Source of the DNA: an uncultured Nitrospiraceae bacterium
Lineage (GTDB): Bacteria > Nitrospirota > Thermodesulfovibrionia > Thermodesulfovibrionales > Dissulfurispiraceae
Direction of reading: 5' to 3'
DNA length: 64,000 nucleotides
Assembly: GCA_963727805.1 (NCBI GenBank)
Contig: CAVSHF010000003.1
Location: 1-64,000 of the forward strand
A program made the position numbers and the translations under genes. Positions 40,655 through 50,986 of the stretch are shown here, in pieces; position 1 is the stretch's first letter; each line of letters starts with the position of its first letter. The notes under the pieces are model-generated. The model saw only the letters and a list, made by a program, of their open reading frames with translations, had not been told where the DNA came from and did not search any database.

Positions 40655-41872
40655 ATGTCAGAAAGCAGAAATGATGAAGCAGGCAATGGGCTGAAACTGA
40701 GTCGCCGTGATTTTATGAAAAATGCAGCTGTTAGTGCGGTTGGCACGGTGGCGTTGGCCGGACTCATGCAGAAAGAAGCATTTGCTACAGAGGCCGCTGC
40801 AACTGCACCTGCAGCTCCAGCGGCACCGGCTGGTAAGCCGGCAGCCCTGACGCTTAATGACGTTCTTAAGGCCGCCCGTGAAAAACTCTATCCATTCTGC
40901 CGCGTCTGTCCTGAGTGTGATGGTGTCGCTTGTGTCGGTGAAATACCGGGCATGGGCGGTATAGGGTCAGGTAAATCGTTCAAGAACAACTACACTTCAC
41001 TGTCCAAGATTGAATTGAACATGCGTACCTTTCATGATGTAAACAAAGTAGACACCTCCGTCACCCTGTTTGGAGAAAAACTTGCTCTTCCAGTCATGTC
41101 TGCTGCTACGGGTGGTACGACATACAATATGGGGTTGAAAGGCAAGATGACCGATGCTGAGTATATTGATGGGCTGTTGGGCGGATGCAGACTTGCCGGT
41201 ACGATCGGATGGGCTGCTGACGGCATTGGTGATCCGCTCGACATTTTTGAAGTGCGCCTCAAGGCGGTTCAGAAATACGAGGGCAAGGCTATCGTTACGA
41301 TCAAACCGAAGACGCAGGAAGAAATCATCAAACGGATACGCCTTATTGAACAGGCCGGAGCAATTGCATTTGCAATAGATATTGATTCCGCCGGGCGCGC
41401 GGCGCGTGCTGTGCCGGGGCAAACTGTTGAGCCTAAAACGCTGAAACAGCTTCGTGAAATTGCAAGCGCCACAAAGCTACCGTTTATTATAAAGGGCGTT
41501 ATGACTGTTGATGAAGCAGCGATGGCGCTCGATGCCGGAGCCTCGGGTATTGTTGTTTCGAATCATGGCGGGCGTGTTCTTGACCACACCCCTGGCACTT
41601 CAGACGTACTGCCAAAGATCGCCGATAAAGTCAAAGGTAAAACCGTGATTCTTGCCGATGGTGCTGTTAGATACGGAACTGATGTTCTGAAGATGCTTGC
41701 GCTCGGAGCTGATGCAGTTCTTGTTGGGAGGCCATTGCTTCGCGGGGCCGTCGGCGGCGGCAAGGAAGGTGTGGCTCTGATGATCAACAAGATGAAGTCA
41801 GAACTTGTCGACTCGATGGTGCTTACCGGAACGGCAAGTGCACGCAAGGTGAGCAAAAGTATTATTGCTTAG
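40655..41872 (+). CDS. Tat-signal FMN-dependent alpha-hydroxy acid dehydrogenase with CxxCxxCxxxxC motif
   Basis: SRRDFMK signal, Ala/Pro linker, CRVCPECDGVAC, IIKGV, VSNHGGR, DGAVRYGTDVLK, VGRP. Confidence 0.9.
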   Translation: MSESRNDEAGNGLKLSRRDFMKNAAVSAVGTVALAGLMQKEAFATEAAATAPAAPAAPAGKPAALTLNDVLKAAREKLYPFCRVCPECDGVACVGEIPGMGGIGSGKSFKNNYTSLSKIELNMRTFHDVNKVDTSVTLFGEKLALPVMSAATGGTTYNMGLKGKMTDAEYIDGLLGGCRLAGTIGWAADGIGDPLDIFEVRLKAVQKYEGKAIVTIKPKTQEEIIKRIRLIEQAGAIAFAIDIDSAGRAARAVPGQTVEPKTLKQLREIASATKLPFIIKGVMTVDEAAMALDAGASGIVVSNHGGRVLDHTPGTSDVLPKIADKVKGKTVILADGAVRYGTDVLKMLALGADAVLVGRPLLRGAVGGGKEGVALMINKMKSELVDSMVLTGTASARKVSKSIIA

Positions 41873-41942
41873 CGTGTCATGCAATGCATTGTGGCAATGA
41901 GATGCCGCTGCCTATTACTGCTGGATACCATGGGGTGAAGGT

Positions 41943-42248
41943 ATGAAGATAACAGTTTTTATTATAATGGCGTTTCTGGTAGTTCTGGCATTCAGCAGCA
42001 CGGCGCCGGCTACCGGAGACGGTAAGGCTCTGATCTATGGCGGCGCCGGACAGGGGAAGGTTATCTTTGATGGCTACGTTCACGCGTCAAAGGGCATGGT
42101 CTGCAAGGACTGCCATATGACCATCTTCCAGACGCAGAAGAAAGCGTTGATAACCATGGATGACCATAGTGCTGATAAGGCGTGCTTTGTCTGCCACAAC
42201 GGCAAAAAAGCCTTTAACGACTGTGAACAATGCCACAGAAAATTCTAG
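41943..42248 (+). CDS. Triheme c7-type cytochrome
   Basis: Signal peptide, GKVIFDG..H, CKDCH, CFVCH, CEQCH. Confidence 0.9.
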   Translation: MKITVFIIMAFLVVLAFSSTAPATGDGKALIYGGAGQGKVIFDGYVHASKGMVCKDCHMTIFQTQKKALITMDDHSADKACFVCHNGKKAFNDCEQCHRKF

Positions 42249-42268
42249 AAATGAATGTGAGGATGCGC

Positions 42269-43021
42269 ATGAGAAATAAAATAACATTTCTTCTGGTGGC
42301 TGTGCTCTTAATGGCATGGACATCTGCTGTCTGTGCTGAAACGGTTACTCTACATGGGGCTGCAAGCACGGTTGATAGCCTTATAATGCCAAACAAGGCG
42401 GCAGTTGAAAAGAAGACTGGCTATACCCTCATCGTGGAAAAAAGCAATGCCGGAAAGGGGCTTATCGACCTCGCAGACGGAAAGTGCGATGCTTCGCTTG
42501 CTTCTGCATCGCTGGATGCCATGGTCAAGGCTGCCAAGTCTGCTGGACGTGACATTGATGCATCGAGGCTTGTGCTGAGTGTGGCGGCAAGTGATGAAGT
42601 GGTGTTTATAGTGCATCTGTCTAATCCGGTGACCAAGTTGACCTGGGATCAGCTTCGTGACATTCACACCGGAAAGATCACGAACTGGAATGAGGTTGGA
42701 GGTAAGGATGCCCCGATTATTATATTTACTGACGCTGCCGCAAGCGCGACGCGTGGTCTGATCAAACAAGTGGTTATGGGCAATCAGGAGTATAGTGCTA
42801 AGGCTAATGCCTTGGATTTTGTCGAAAAGGTCAATGACATGGTTGCTACAAATGTAAACGCGATCGGCGGTCTTGGCAAGGGATTTGTGAAGCCGGATCA
42901 GGTCAAGGTTGTCGAATCCAAGAAGATTGAACGCCCGCTCGGTTTTATTACCATTGGAGAACCTTCCGGAGCAGTGAGGCAGGTTATCGAAGCATTCCGG
43001 GCAGAAGTGAACAAAAAGTAG
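42269..43021 (+). CDS. PstS-like periplasmic substrate-binding protein
   Basis: LHGAAST, FIVH.SNPV..LT..QLRDI.TGKITNWNEVGGKDAPI; no ABC permease adjacent. Confidence 0.85.
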   Translation: MRNKITFLLVAVLLMAWTSAVCAETVTLHGAASTVDSLIMPNKAAVEKKTGYTLIVEKSNAGKGLIDLADGKCDASLASASLDAMVKAAKSAGRDIDASRLVLSVAASDEVVFIVHLSNPVTKLTWDQLRDIHTGKITNWNEVGGKDAPIIIFTDAAASATRGLIKQVVMGNQEYSAKANALDFVEKVNDMVATNVNAIGGLGKGFVKPDQVKVVESKKIERPLGFITIGEPSGAVRQVIEAFRAEVNKK

Positions 43022-43041
43022 TCATTATTAACATGTGTTGC

Positions 43042-43075
43042 AAAAGGCTGTGCGAACATTCGCAAGGCCTTTTTT
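43042..43075 (+). terminator. Intrinsic terminator closing the yceI operon
   Basis: AAAAGGCtgTGCGAA-CA-TTCGCAagGCCTTTTTT. Confidence 0.75.
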
Positions 43076-43105
43076 ACGTACAATCTACATAAGTCGCAGC
43101 AAATC

Positions 43106-43489
43106 GTGGACCGAGCGCGATGTGCCTATTCGAATTTTGGTAGCCGAATTGACTGTCAAGGATGGGGCTGGGAAGTCACGACTCTTGGAGGTGGGGATTT
43201 GTACGCGGGCATCGCGAATGGCGTCCAGACCTCCGACCATAATCGTCTTTACACTGACACGTTTGATGGTACTTCTAGCGCGTCTCCCATTGTTGCCGGC
43301 CTGCTCACTTGCACCCAGGGTACCCTAATCGGGGCTAAGCGCGCTGTTTTGACGCTGGGTGATGCACGTCAGCTCTTGCGTAGTACAGGGTCTCAACAGC
43401 AATCTGCTCCAGACAGGCCCACGACCCAGAACATCGGTTCAAGACCCAACCTAAAGACTATATTACAGTCAATAATGGGATTTAAATAG
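43106..43489 (+). pseudogene. C-terminal fragment of an S8 subtilase
   Basis: YSNFGSRIDCQGWG and catalytic FDGTSSASPIVAG; the Asp/His region is absent. Confidence 0.8.
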
Positions 43490-43606
43490 ATCATTTAGGG
43501 AATTCAGCATCGTGACCTGCAAAAATGGGCAACTGGTCGGGAAGTGAATATAATGAAATATAATGCACTAGCTATAAGAATTTGACAAAAGAAAGGAGTT
43601 GTTGTC

Positions 43607-45142
43607 ATGGCAAATTCAGTAACCATATCGGCAGTGCCAGCTAGTTTTCAAAAAATCGAGCACATCGTGGTCCTGATGCTTGAAAACCGTTCCTTCGACC
43701 ATCTTTTAGGCTTTATGAATGCGAACAATCCGGACATCGTCGGCCTTAGGGGAAACGAGACCAATTATCCAGATCCGAACAATTCCGTATCACCTCAAAC
43801 GGTCTGTAAGGCCACCTCTTTCATGATGCCTTTTGATCCCGGCCATGAATTTATGGATGTGCAACTTCAACTCTATGGCCCTAAGAACCCGCCGCCTTCT
43901 TCTTCGTCATCTACCCCGAATTCTCCAACCGAACCAGCGCAAATGAACGGCTTTCTTTGCAGTGCCATCTACAACGCTCAGCAACAAAAAGTCGACGCAA
44001 AAGACGCATCGCGAATAATGGAATGCTTCCAGCCGGGGCAGGTAACGGTACTTTCCGCACTCATCCAGGAATTCACCCTGTTTAATTTCTGGCATTCTTC
44101 TCTGCCGGGGCCGACTTGGCCCAACCGTTTTTTCGCGCATGCAGCAACCTCCGGCGGTCTAACCGATAGCCCTGATGATGAAAGGATTATCGAAGGATTT
44201 TCATTCCCGAATGGCACAATCTACGACAGGCTGACAGACGCAAAGAAAGCATGGCGCATCTATCATGGCGACCTGCCGCAGACTGCCGGCATCGATAGCC
44301 TGCGATTGGAATTTTTAAATCCATTCACAAAGAATTTTCGCAAGATGGATGACTTCACAGCCGATGTAAAATCGGGAGACCTGCCGGAATACACCTTCAT
44401 CGAGCCAAAGTACAATACGGGCAACAATTACGTTAACGGAAATTCCATGCACCCGGTGAATGACATCAGGAATGGAGAAAGTCTTATTAAACAGGTATAT
44501 GAAACCCTTCGGAATTCGGCATTGTGGGATAAGCTCATGCTCATCATCACCTTCGACGAACACGGCGGCTTCTATGATCACGTATCGCCGCCTGCTGCGG
44601 TACCGACCGGCGATGATACTCGCTACGCCAATCCGGAACACCCATTCGCTTTTGATCACCTCGGGGTGCGTGTACCGGCGGTTGTGGTTTCGGCCTACAC
44701 CCAGAAGGGGGCAGTGATCGGCACAGATGCAACTAACGTCGCCACCCGCTTTGACCACACTTCTATCTTGGCCACGGTTAGTAAGCTTTTTGGCCTACGT
44801 CACCTGACCAAGCGAGACGTAAAAGCCAATACCCTCGATATTGCGCTGAACTTGGAAACGCCCCGCTTAACATCCGCCGATGCTCTTACAACCTTACCAG
44901 ACACAGCATCTGATTCTGTGGTAGAACATGCTGTTACTGCACCGGTCCAACTTCCTCTGTCCGGATTCCAGCAAAATCAGTTGGCATTAGCGCATGTCTG
45001 CGACATGCAGATTTCCGACAAAACACAGCACCCGGCACTAACATCACGGTTTCAAATCATCACTTCGCAGAAAGATGCCGCAGATTACATTCAGGAAGTG
45101 GAAGACAAGATTTATTTAAGACGGTCTCAGATAACAAAATGA
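43607..45142 (+). CDS. Phosphoesterase (phospholipase C/acid phosphatase family)
   Basis: IEHIVVLMLENRSFDH, PGPTWPNRFF, SMHP, ITFDEHGGFYDHV.PP, GVRVP, FDHTS. Confidence 0.92.
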   Translation: MANSVTISAVPASFQKIEHIVVLMLENRSFDHLLGFMNANNPDIVGLRGNETNYPDPNNSVSPQTVCKATSFMMPFDPGHEFMDVQLQLYGPKNPPPSSSSSTPNSPTEPAQMNGFLCSAIYNAQQQKVDAKDASRIMECFQPGQVTVLSALIQEFTLFNFWHSSLPGPTWPNRFFAHAATSGGLTDSPDDERIIEGFSFPNGTIYDRLTDAKKAWRIYHGDLPQTAGIDSLRLEFLNPFTKNFRKMDDFTADVKSGDLPEYTFIEPKYNTGNNYVNGNSMHPVNDIRNGESLIKQVYETLRNSALWDKLMLIITFDEHGGFYDHVSPPAAVPTGDDTRYANPEHPFAFDHLGVRVPAVVVSAYTQKGAVIGTDATNVATRFDHTSILATVSKLFGLRHLTKRDVKANTLDIALNLETPRLTSADALTTLPDTASDSVVEHAVTAPVQLPLSGFQQNQLALAHVCDMQISDKTQHPALTSRFQIITSQKDAADYIQEVEDKIYLRRSQITK

Positions 45143-45719
45143 TGTTACTGATGAGGTTGAATTCCCACATATTTATGGAGAAGTTTGTTAATTTGTGATG
45201 GTGGGCAACTAACCGTTAATGGAGATGACGCGTGTTGGGGTACATAAACATAGACTATCTCGAAGATTATAGTGCAGCTATTTGGGCGCTTGCATTTCAA
45301 AAAGCTGCATAAGGAAAAGTACAAGGAAGACGGGGTTAACAGTTAACTCAATGTTTGTCTTGCTATTTATAATTGAGAACGAACATTCATACATTGACAG
45401 GCTGTAAGTAGCTTGGTAAGCTTTGAGCAATGGGAGGGAATCGACCGCCTGAAGTCTCACGGTTGCGGCCGATTGCCCTTTTTTTGTGAAAATTGTTTTA
45501 AGTATTAAGCTTTAGGAATTTGCCGGACGGAGACTATTCGACAAGAGAGTCTCGGTGCACGGCAAGGCTGAAGGTCGTGCAATAGTTGTAATAGAAGATT
45601 GCCTGATATATGGATTCGAGCTGTTAACATCGGAGATGGAATGGTTATTGTTTCATTTAGTAACCTGATAGGTTGTTGAAAAAACAGTTCATTGCATCAA
45701 CTTATAGGAGAGTGGGAAA

Positions 45720-46181
45720 ATGGACAATTACCAGACCTTCGTGATTGTAGCCGGCGCACTCGCTAAACTCGTTGTAGTCGCCATGCTGCTTGAACGCGGA
45801 CTGGCGGTCATTTTTGAGTACGAATGGTTCGTGCGTCTGACAACAAAAAAGGACGGTACGAGTCGATTCCCTGGACTAAAAGGAATCCTGGCACCCATAG
45901 CGGCCTATATCATATGCAATGAATATGATTTCGACGTTTTATTCGTTGTGTTAAATGGAACGTATCCTAAAACTGTTGACCCTCTGGGCGTCGCATTAAC
46001 TAGTCTAATCGTAGCAGGTGGCAGCGCTGGCGCCATAATGATATTTCAAGGATACTTGAATCTAAGTAAGCAAGGTAGAGATGCCGCCGTTGAAGCAAAG
46101 AAGACTGCCGCAGAAGCTGATAAAGTTAATGCAGAAGCTGATAAAGCTGAAGCAGAGGCTAGAAAGAGAGCTGTGGTCTAG
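45720..46181 (+). CDS. Hypothetical membrane protein with C-terminal coiled coil
   Basis: Hydrophobic segments, LIVAGGS, repeated AEADK; AGGAG RBS. Confidence 0.75.
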   Translation: MDNYQTFVIVAGALAKLVVVAMLLERGLAVIFEYEWFVRLTTKKDGTSRFPGLKGILAPIAAYIICNEYDFDVLFVVLNGTYPKTVDPLGVALTSLIVAGGSAGAIMIFQGYLNLSKQGRDAAVEAKKTAAEADKVNAEADKAEAEARKRAVV

Positions 46182-46599
46182 GGAGGATAGCAGGCAGGCA
46201 AGAACTGGATTTATGAACATCGGCCCGACTAGTCTTCACGAATCACTTGAGGCCAGGTTCATGGACAAGACTGACAAAGAAATCAAAAATTATAACAAAG
46301 GCTTCTCAATAGGGCAGGCTGCTCAGGCCCAAGACAATACTCTAGATATGCATGTGGTTTGTATAAACCAGTGCAATCGAGAAGGTTCGAAAAAGGATCG
46401 ATAAGCAATTAGCGCTGAGGTGCTAGCGTGCATTTGAGAATCGAGAACTAATATCTGGAGATTTCAGGCGAAACACTAGACATGACTGGTGCAGAGGCTT
46501 TTTGTCATCCACGCGTAGCGGAGAACTACGGCCTCCGAGAGGGCTGCAACTTTTACCGACCTCTATCTCGGCCGAGGTCAAGTATGAGGAGGATACCCC

Positions 46600-48192
46600 A
46601 TGCCAACAAATCCTAACCGTTCGACTGTCCGTGGCAGCGATCGTGTCCCCTTTCGCGGGGCGCACGCCGTCGGTCCAGTTCCTGAAGACGAGCGCTTTGA
46701 AGTGACTGTTCGAGTGCGCCGCAAAGCACCTCTCCAGAGCTTGGTGGCAGGCAGCTTCCCAGCAGACCAATTGCCTGGAGAGCGTCGCTACTTGACCCGC
46801 GACCAATACGCTACTACACATGGCGCCGATCCAGCCGACCTTGCGAAAGTCGAGGCATTTGCTCGAGCACAGGGCCTTGTAGTGGTCGAAACCAGTATAG
46901 CTAGGCGTAGCGTTTTCCTGTCGGGCATGGCTACTCAATTCGCCGCAGCATTCGGAACAACGATCGAACACTACGAACATGATGGTGGCACATACCGCGG
47001 CCGGACTGGTCCGTTAACGATTCCTGCCGATTTGGCGGATATCGTCGAGGGCGTGTTCGGAATCGATGACCGTCCAGTAGCTAGGCCGCACTTCCAGCGA
47101 TATAAGCCAGCACCAAGTATCGGTTTGCAAGCTCATGTTGCTGGCAACTCGTTCACTCCGCCAGAACTAGCAAAGCTCTACAGTTTCCCGACCGGCCTGG
47201 ATGGCACGGGGCAGTGTATTGCGATCATCGAACTCGACGGTGGCTATCGCTTGGACGACATTAATGCCTATTTTAAAGAGCTCGGCATACCCGTGCCCAA
47301 TGTCGTGACGGTCCGGGTCGATGGTGGGCAGAATCAGCCTTCAACATCTGACAGCGCTGACACTGAAGTCATGCTCGATATAGAAGTAGCGGCCGCGATT
47401 GCACCGAAGGCGCTAATTGCCGTTTACTTCGCGCCTAACACCGATAAAGGGTTCTTGGATGCCATTACCATGGCGATGCACGACACGGACAATAAGCCAT
47501 CGGTAGTCTCCATAAGTTGGGGGAGCGCAGAACAGAATTGGAGCGCGCAGGCGATGACTTCTTTCGACCAAACATTTCAGTCGGCGGCTGCTCTGGGAGT
47601 AACGGTCTGTTGTGCGTCCGGTGACAACGGCTCCGGTGATGGCGAGGCTGATGGCAAGGCGCATGTGGACTTTCCAGCGTCGAGCCCCTACGCATTGGGT
47701 TGCGGAGGCACGAAGCTTACCATAGCGGGGAACGCGATATCTAATGAGCAGGTCTGGAATGAGGGGACCAGCAGCGCCACAGGAGGCGGTGTCAGTGACT
47801 TCTTCCCTATGCCAGCTTACCAGAGTACCGCAGGCATCCCGCCGTCGGCAAACGACTCAAAGCACACGGGCCGAGGTGTTCCCGATGTCTCTGCAGACGC
47901 AGACCCAGCAACTGGCTATGACGTGCGTGTTGACGGGCAAGAGTTTGTTATTGGCGGTACCAGCGCGGTAGCTCCCTTGTGGGCTGGCTTGATCTCACTG
48001 GCTAATCAAAAGTTGGGACATCCGGTCGGATTTCTCAACCCGTTGATCTATGGATCTCTCGTTGGTGCGGGTTCCTTCCAAGACGTTATAATGGGCAACA
48101 ACGGAGCATATTCCGCCAAACAGGGTTGGGACGCATGCACGGGCTGGGGGACGCCTAACGGGTCGAATCTTCTTCATGCGCTTGGAGGGTAA
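46600..48192 (+). CDS. S53 sedolisin/kumamolisin-family peptidase
   Basis: Pro-domain, EVMLDIE, SISWG, SGDNG, FPASSP, GRGVPDV, GGTSA, GWDACTGWGTP. Confidence 0.95.
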   Translation: MPTNPNRSTVRGSDRVPFRGAHAVGPVPEDERFEVTVRVRRKAPLQSLVAGSFPADQLPGERRYLTRDQYATTHGADPADLAKVEAFARAQGLVVVETSIARRSVFLSGMATQFAAAFGTTIEHYEHDGGTYRGRTGPLTIPADLADIVEGVFGIDDRPVARPHFQRYKPAPSIGLQAHVAGNSFTPPELAKLYSFPTGLDGTGQCIAIIELDGGYRLDDINAYFKELGIPVPNVVTVRVDGGQNQPSTSDSADTEVMLDIEVAAAIAPKALIAVYFAPNTDKGFLDAITMAMHDTDNKPSVVSISWGSAEQNWSAQAMTSFDQTFQSAAALGVTVCCASGDNGSGDGEADGKAHVDFPASSPYALGCGGTKLTIAGNAISNEQVWNEGTSSATGGGVSDFFPMPAYQSTAGIPPSANDSKHTGRGVPDVSADADPATGYDVRVDGQEFVIGGTSAVAPLWAGLISLANQKLGHPVGFLNPLIYGSLVGAGSFQDVIMGNNGAYSAKQGWDACTGWGTPNGSNLLHALGG

Positions 48193-48351
48193 GGGAAGGA
48201 ATCGCCTAACCAGTCGATACACATGAGCGCACGACCACGATTTTTCAGTGTTCAACGCCTCACAAGTCGCAGCGGCTCGTGAGGTGTCAGTGGGCCTATT
48301 GGGCGGTGTAAGGGTGCACATTGATAAAAGATTATATGAAAGGAGCAGGTC

Positions 48352-48891
48352 ATGAATAACTTTGTAAAATCGGTTTGCGTTCTTTTGGTATCTGTGCTGT
48401 CGGGGTGTGCTCACTTAGACTTTGGAGATGATAAAGGGCTAGCATATTACGATGCAAAACCATACCTGTTCGTGTCAACTACAACTGAATGTGTAACCAC
48501 CGCAACGATTATTGCCATGCCTGAAAGCAAGAGGGAAGTAAAATTTAAGTCCGGATATGGCTCAGCAGATTTATCAGTCAATCTAAGCAATGGGATGATT
48601 ACATCGGTAAATCAAAAAACCGATACGCAAATTCCAGCGACAATTACTTCGATTGCTGGGTTAGGCACCGCTGCCGCAGGAGTTCTTAAGTCAATGGCCG
48701 CCGCCCCTGCCGCACCCGAAAAACCAGTTTGTAAACCAACAGCTACTCTTTATCCTGTGGACAATGGTGTTCCAAATATTAATGCTCCGATATCTTTTTC
48801 AGTTACGGTAGAGCCAGCGAAAAGTGGTAGTAGTAAGGACACTCACTCGGATAAGGGGCGAAGCCGAACGAGTTCCTCCAATCTCGATTAA
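48352..48891 (+). CDS. Hypothetical lipoprotein
   Basis: Lipobox LSGC; AAGGAG RBS. Confidence 0.8.
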   Translation: MNNFVKSVCVLLVSVLSGCAHLDFGDDKGLAYYDAKPYLFVSTTTECVTTATIIAMPESKREVKFKSGYGSADLSVNLSNGMITSVNQKTDTQIPATITSIAGLGTAAAGVLKSMAAAPAAPEKPVCKPTATLYPVDNGVPNINAPISFSVTVEPAKSGSSKDTHSDKGRSRTSSSNLD

Positions 48892-49996
48892 CTTTTCATT
48901 TATAACTGACTCAATGCATGGGACAACTAGCGTGCTGAAAAAAAGAAAAAGGCTACTCCCGTACGGGCGGAATTCTCGTGTCAGACATTGTTTGTTTATT
49001 TTTGGTGTTGTTATTTCCTTTATCTTTTTTTTGATTCTCAATCTCGTTAAGTTTCTGAGCTTTCTCAAGTGGCAGTTCGACTTCTTTGTAATGCAGGATT
49101 CATCTCTCATATGCTTTATTATATTCCTCATAGTCAGCGCGGATTGTAGCACCTGCAAATAACCCGTAGAATGCGGAAAGCATCAGAACAATTATACAAT
49201 ATGGTCTCCAGTAGCTCGCTAGGTGACGCCTGTCACAGAATCGCCGACAGTTTCAGAATATAGTTAAATAAGGGAGGCGGGTATGGCTAAAAATTCCAGA
49301 GCAATGAGTCTGTGTTGCGTTGCGAAATCGGGATTAGGAGTGGCCGTAGCCCCACTTTTTGAACTTGTATTGATTGCTACGCTGGCAGCTTCAATGGTCA
49401 GCGGTAACCAGACTCTCATCAGCGTCTTTGCTTTATGGTCCGTACTATTCACACTGCCATGCTGCGCCGCTTTCAGAGTTCTCGCAGGCGACGCAAAAGA
49501 TTACAGGCAAAACAGGATAGGTGTGCCCAAAGATAGTCTCGCGCCGGTCTTGTCACACCACAGACCACTACTGCAGGGGGAATGTGTTTGATAACAAGGT
49601 ATAGTTGGGTTCATGAGAGGCAGAAAACATGGCAGGAGAGACGAGAAGCTGGAATCGACCGTCACTTGAAACAGACAACATGAAAATAGATGCATTATGA
49701 AAGCTAACAGTCATCGTCACGATAATACCTCACATACCTGGGACTTTCAGGACATCTGCTCGCAACAGCTCCAATATGTTGCGAGCAGGGTCCTTCCTTT
49801 ACTTGGCTATTTTTGCTTAGAACCAGGCAAGCAATGATTCCAAAGAGAGAGATAGCGAAAGAGCGTTCGAACCGGTGCTGTGACGAACGCAAGCCCTGAT
49901 CAAAGGATCGTCATGAACAGTTTATAGGCTTTCGCTTGTTACAAGCATTATACCCATTATAAGCTGACCCCTTGAAACCGGTTGTAACAATTAATT

Positions 49997-50056
49997 TCAG
50001 AAATCATTACATTCCTGTTACTGGCGGCACCGATAGTTTTCAGGTGACATCGAGAA
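49997..50056 (-). repeat. Dispersed intergenic repeat, core copy
   Basis: Minus strand TTCTCGATGTCACCTGAAAACTATCGGTGCCGCCAGTAACAGGAATGTAATGATTTCTGA; the first 15 nt are identical to 28971-28985. Confidence 0.7.
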
Positions 50057-50986
50057 TCGGCTCTTGAGCTGTTCCTATAATTGAGAGTGGACACTACATT
50101 GTAAGAATGCTTTGGTTTAACCTGTAATGCTCAGCGGGCGTCTCTCATTTCGTCTCCAAAAAAATTATTTGATTTGGCGTTGCAGGAGAGGGCATATATA
50201 TATCAGGCTAATTTGCTTGAAGATTTACTCCGGCAACGTTTCTTAACGGAAACGCTCAGTTGGTCAACCTCAGCAACACCCCGATCCTCTCAGCGACAGT
50301 GTTTGTTTCCGATAAAATGTGTTAAAAATTGATTATGTGTTTTATTGCGCACTCTTCAGGGGTTATATGACTTAAGAAACGGTAAGTACGGCCACTTACT
50401 GACGTTGGCTATGCGGGTATTGTATCATTTGCCAATTATACCAAGCGCATTCGAGAATTTTTAAGGGCCGTATATTGCTCCCTGAAATCGAGATCTGGGC
50501 AATCGTCAGATCTTGTGCAATTATGCTGCCAAACTTGAATTCGGTCGCTCCGGAAAGATCACTTTATGCGCTAAAGTCCGCATACGCAATGTGATATGCC
50601 ACTCTGCGGATTTGATCCGACAGCAATGTATTTCTCATTCAGTATGTCTGAATTAATTTGTCTATAGTCTTTCCACCTTCGATTGAACGTAGATCCTTGA
50701 CAACCACTTATCTAAGTGGTAGACTTTTACATTTCCTGAAGATACTATTATCTTCGTCAGGCGCTGACCGGGCATCTGGGAGGAGTCGAGAGGCGCGTGA
50801 CAACATTAACTTCTTTGATGGAGGTTTCTGTTGCACGAACGCGTTACTTTACTTCCACTCCCGACTCTTTTATCCTGCATTTCTATTCGTATTTCTTCTG
50901 GGTTATCGCGAAGGAGATTTACCCCTATATTGAACTGAAGTATGGAGGAGTTTGTATATTTTATTGAATTAAAGGAGAAGATCACA

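Noticed and set aside
48799..50933. Several short ORFs in this gap
   Set aside because: No recognisable motifs or RBS; probably decayed DNA.
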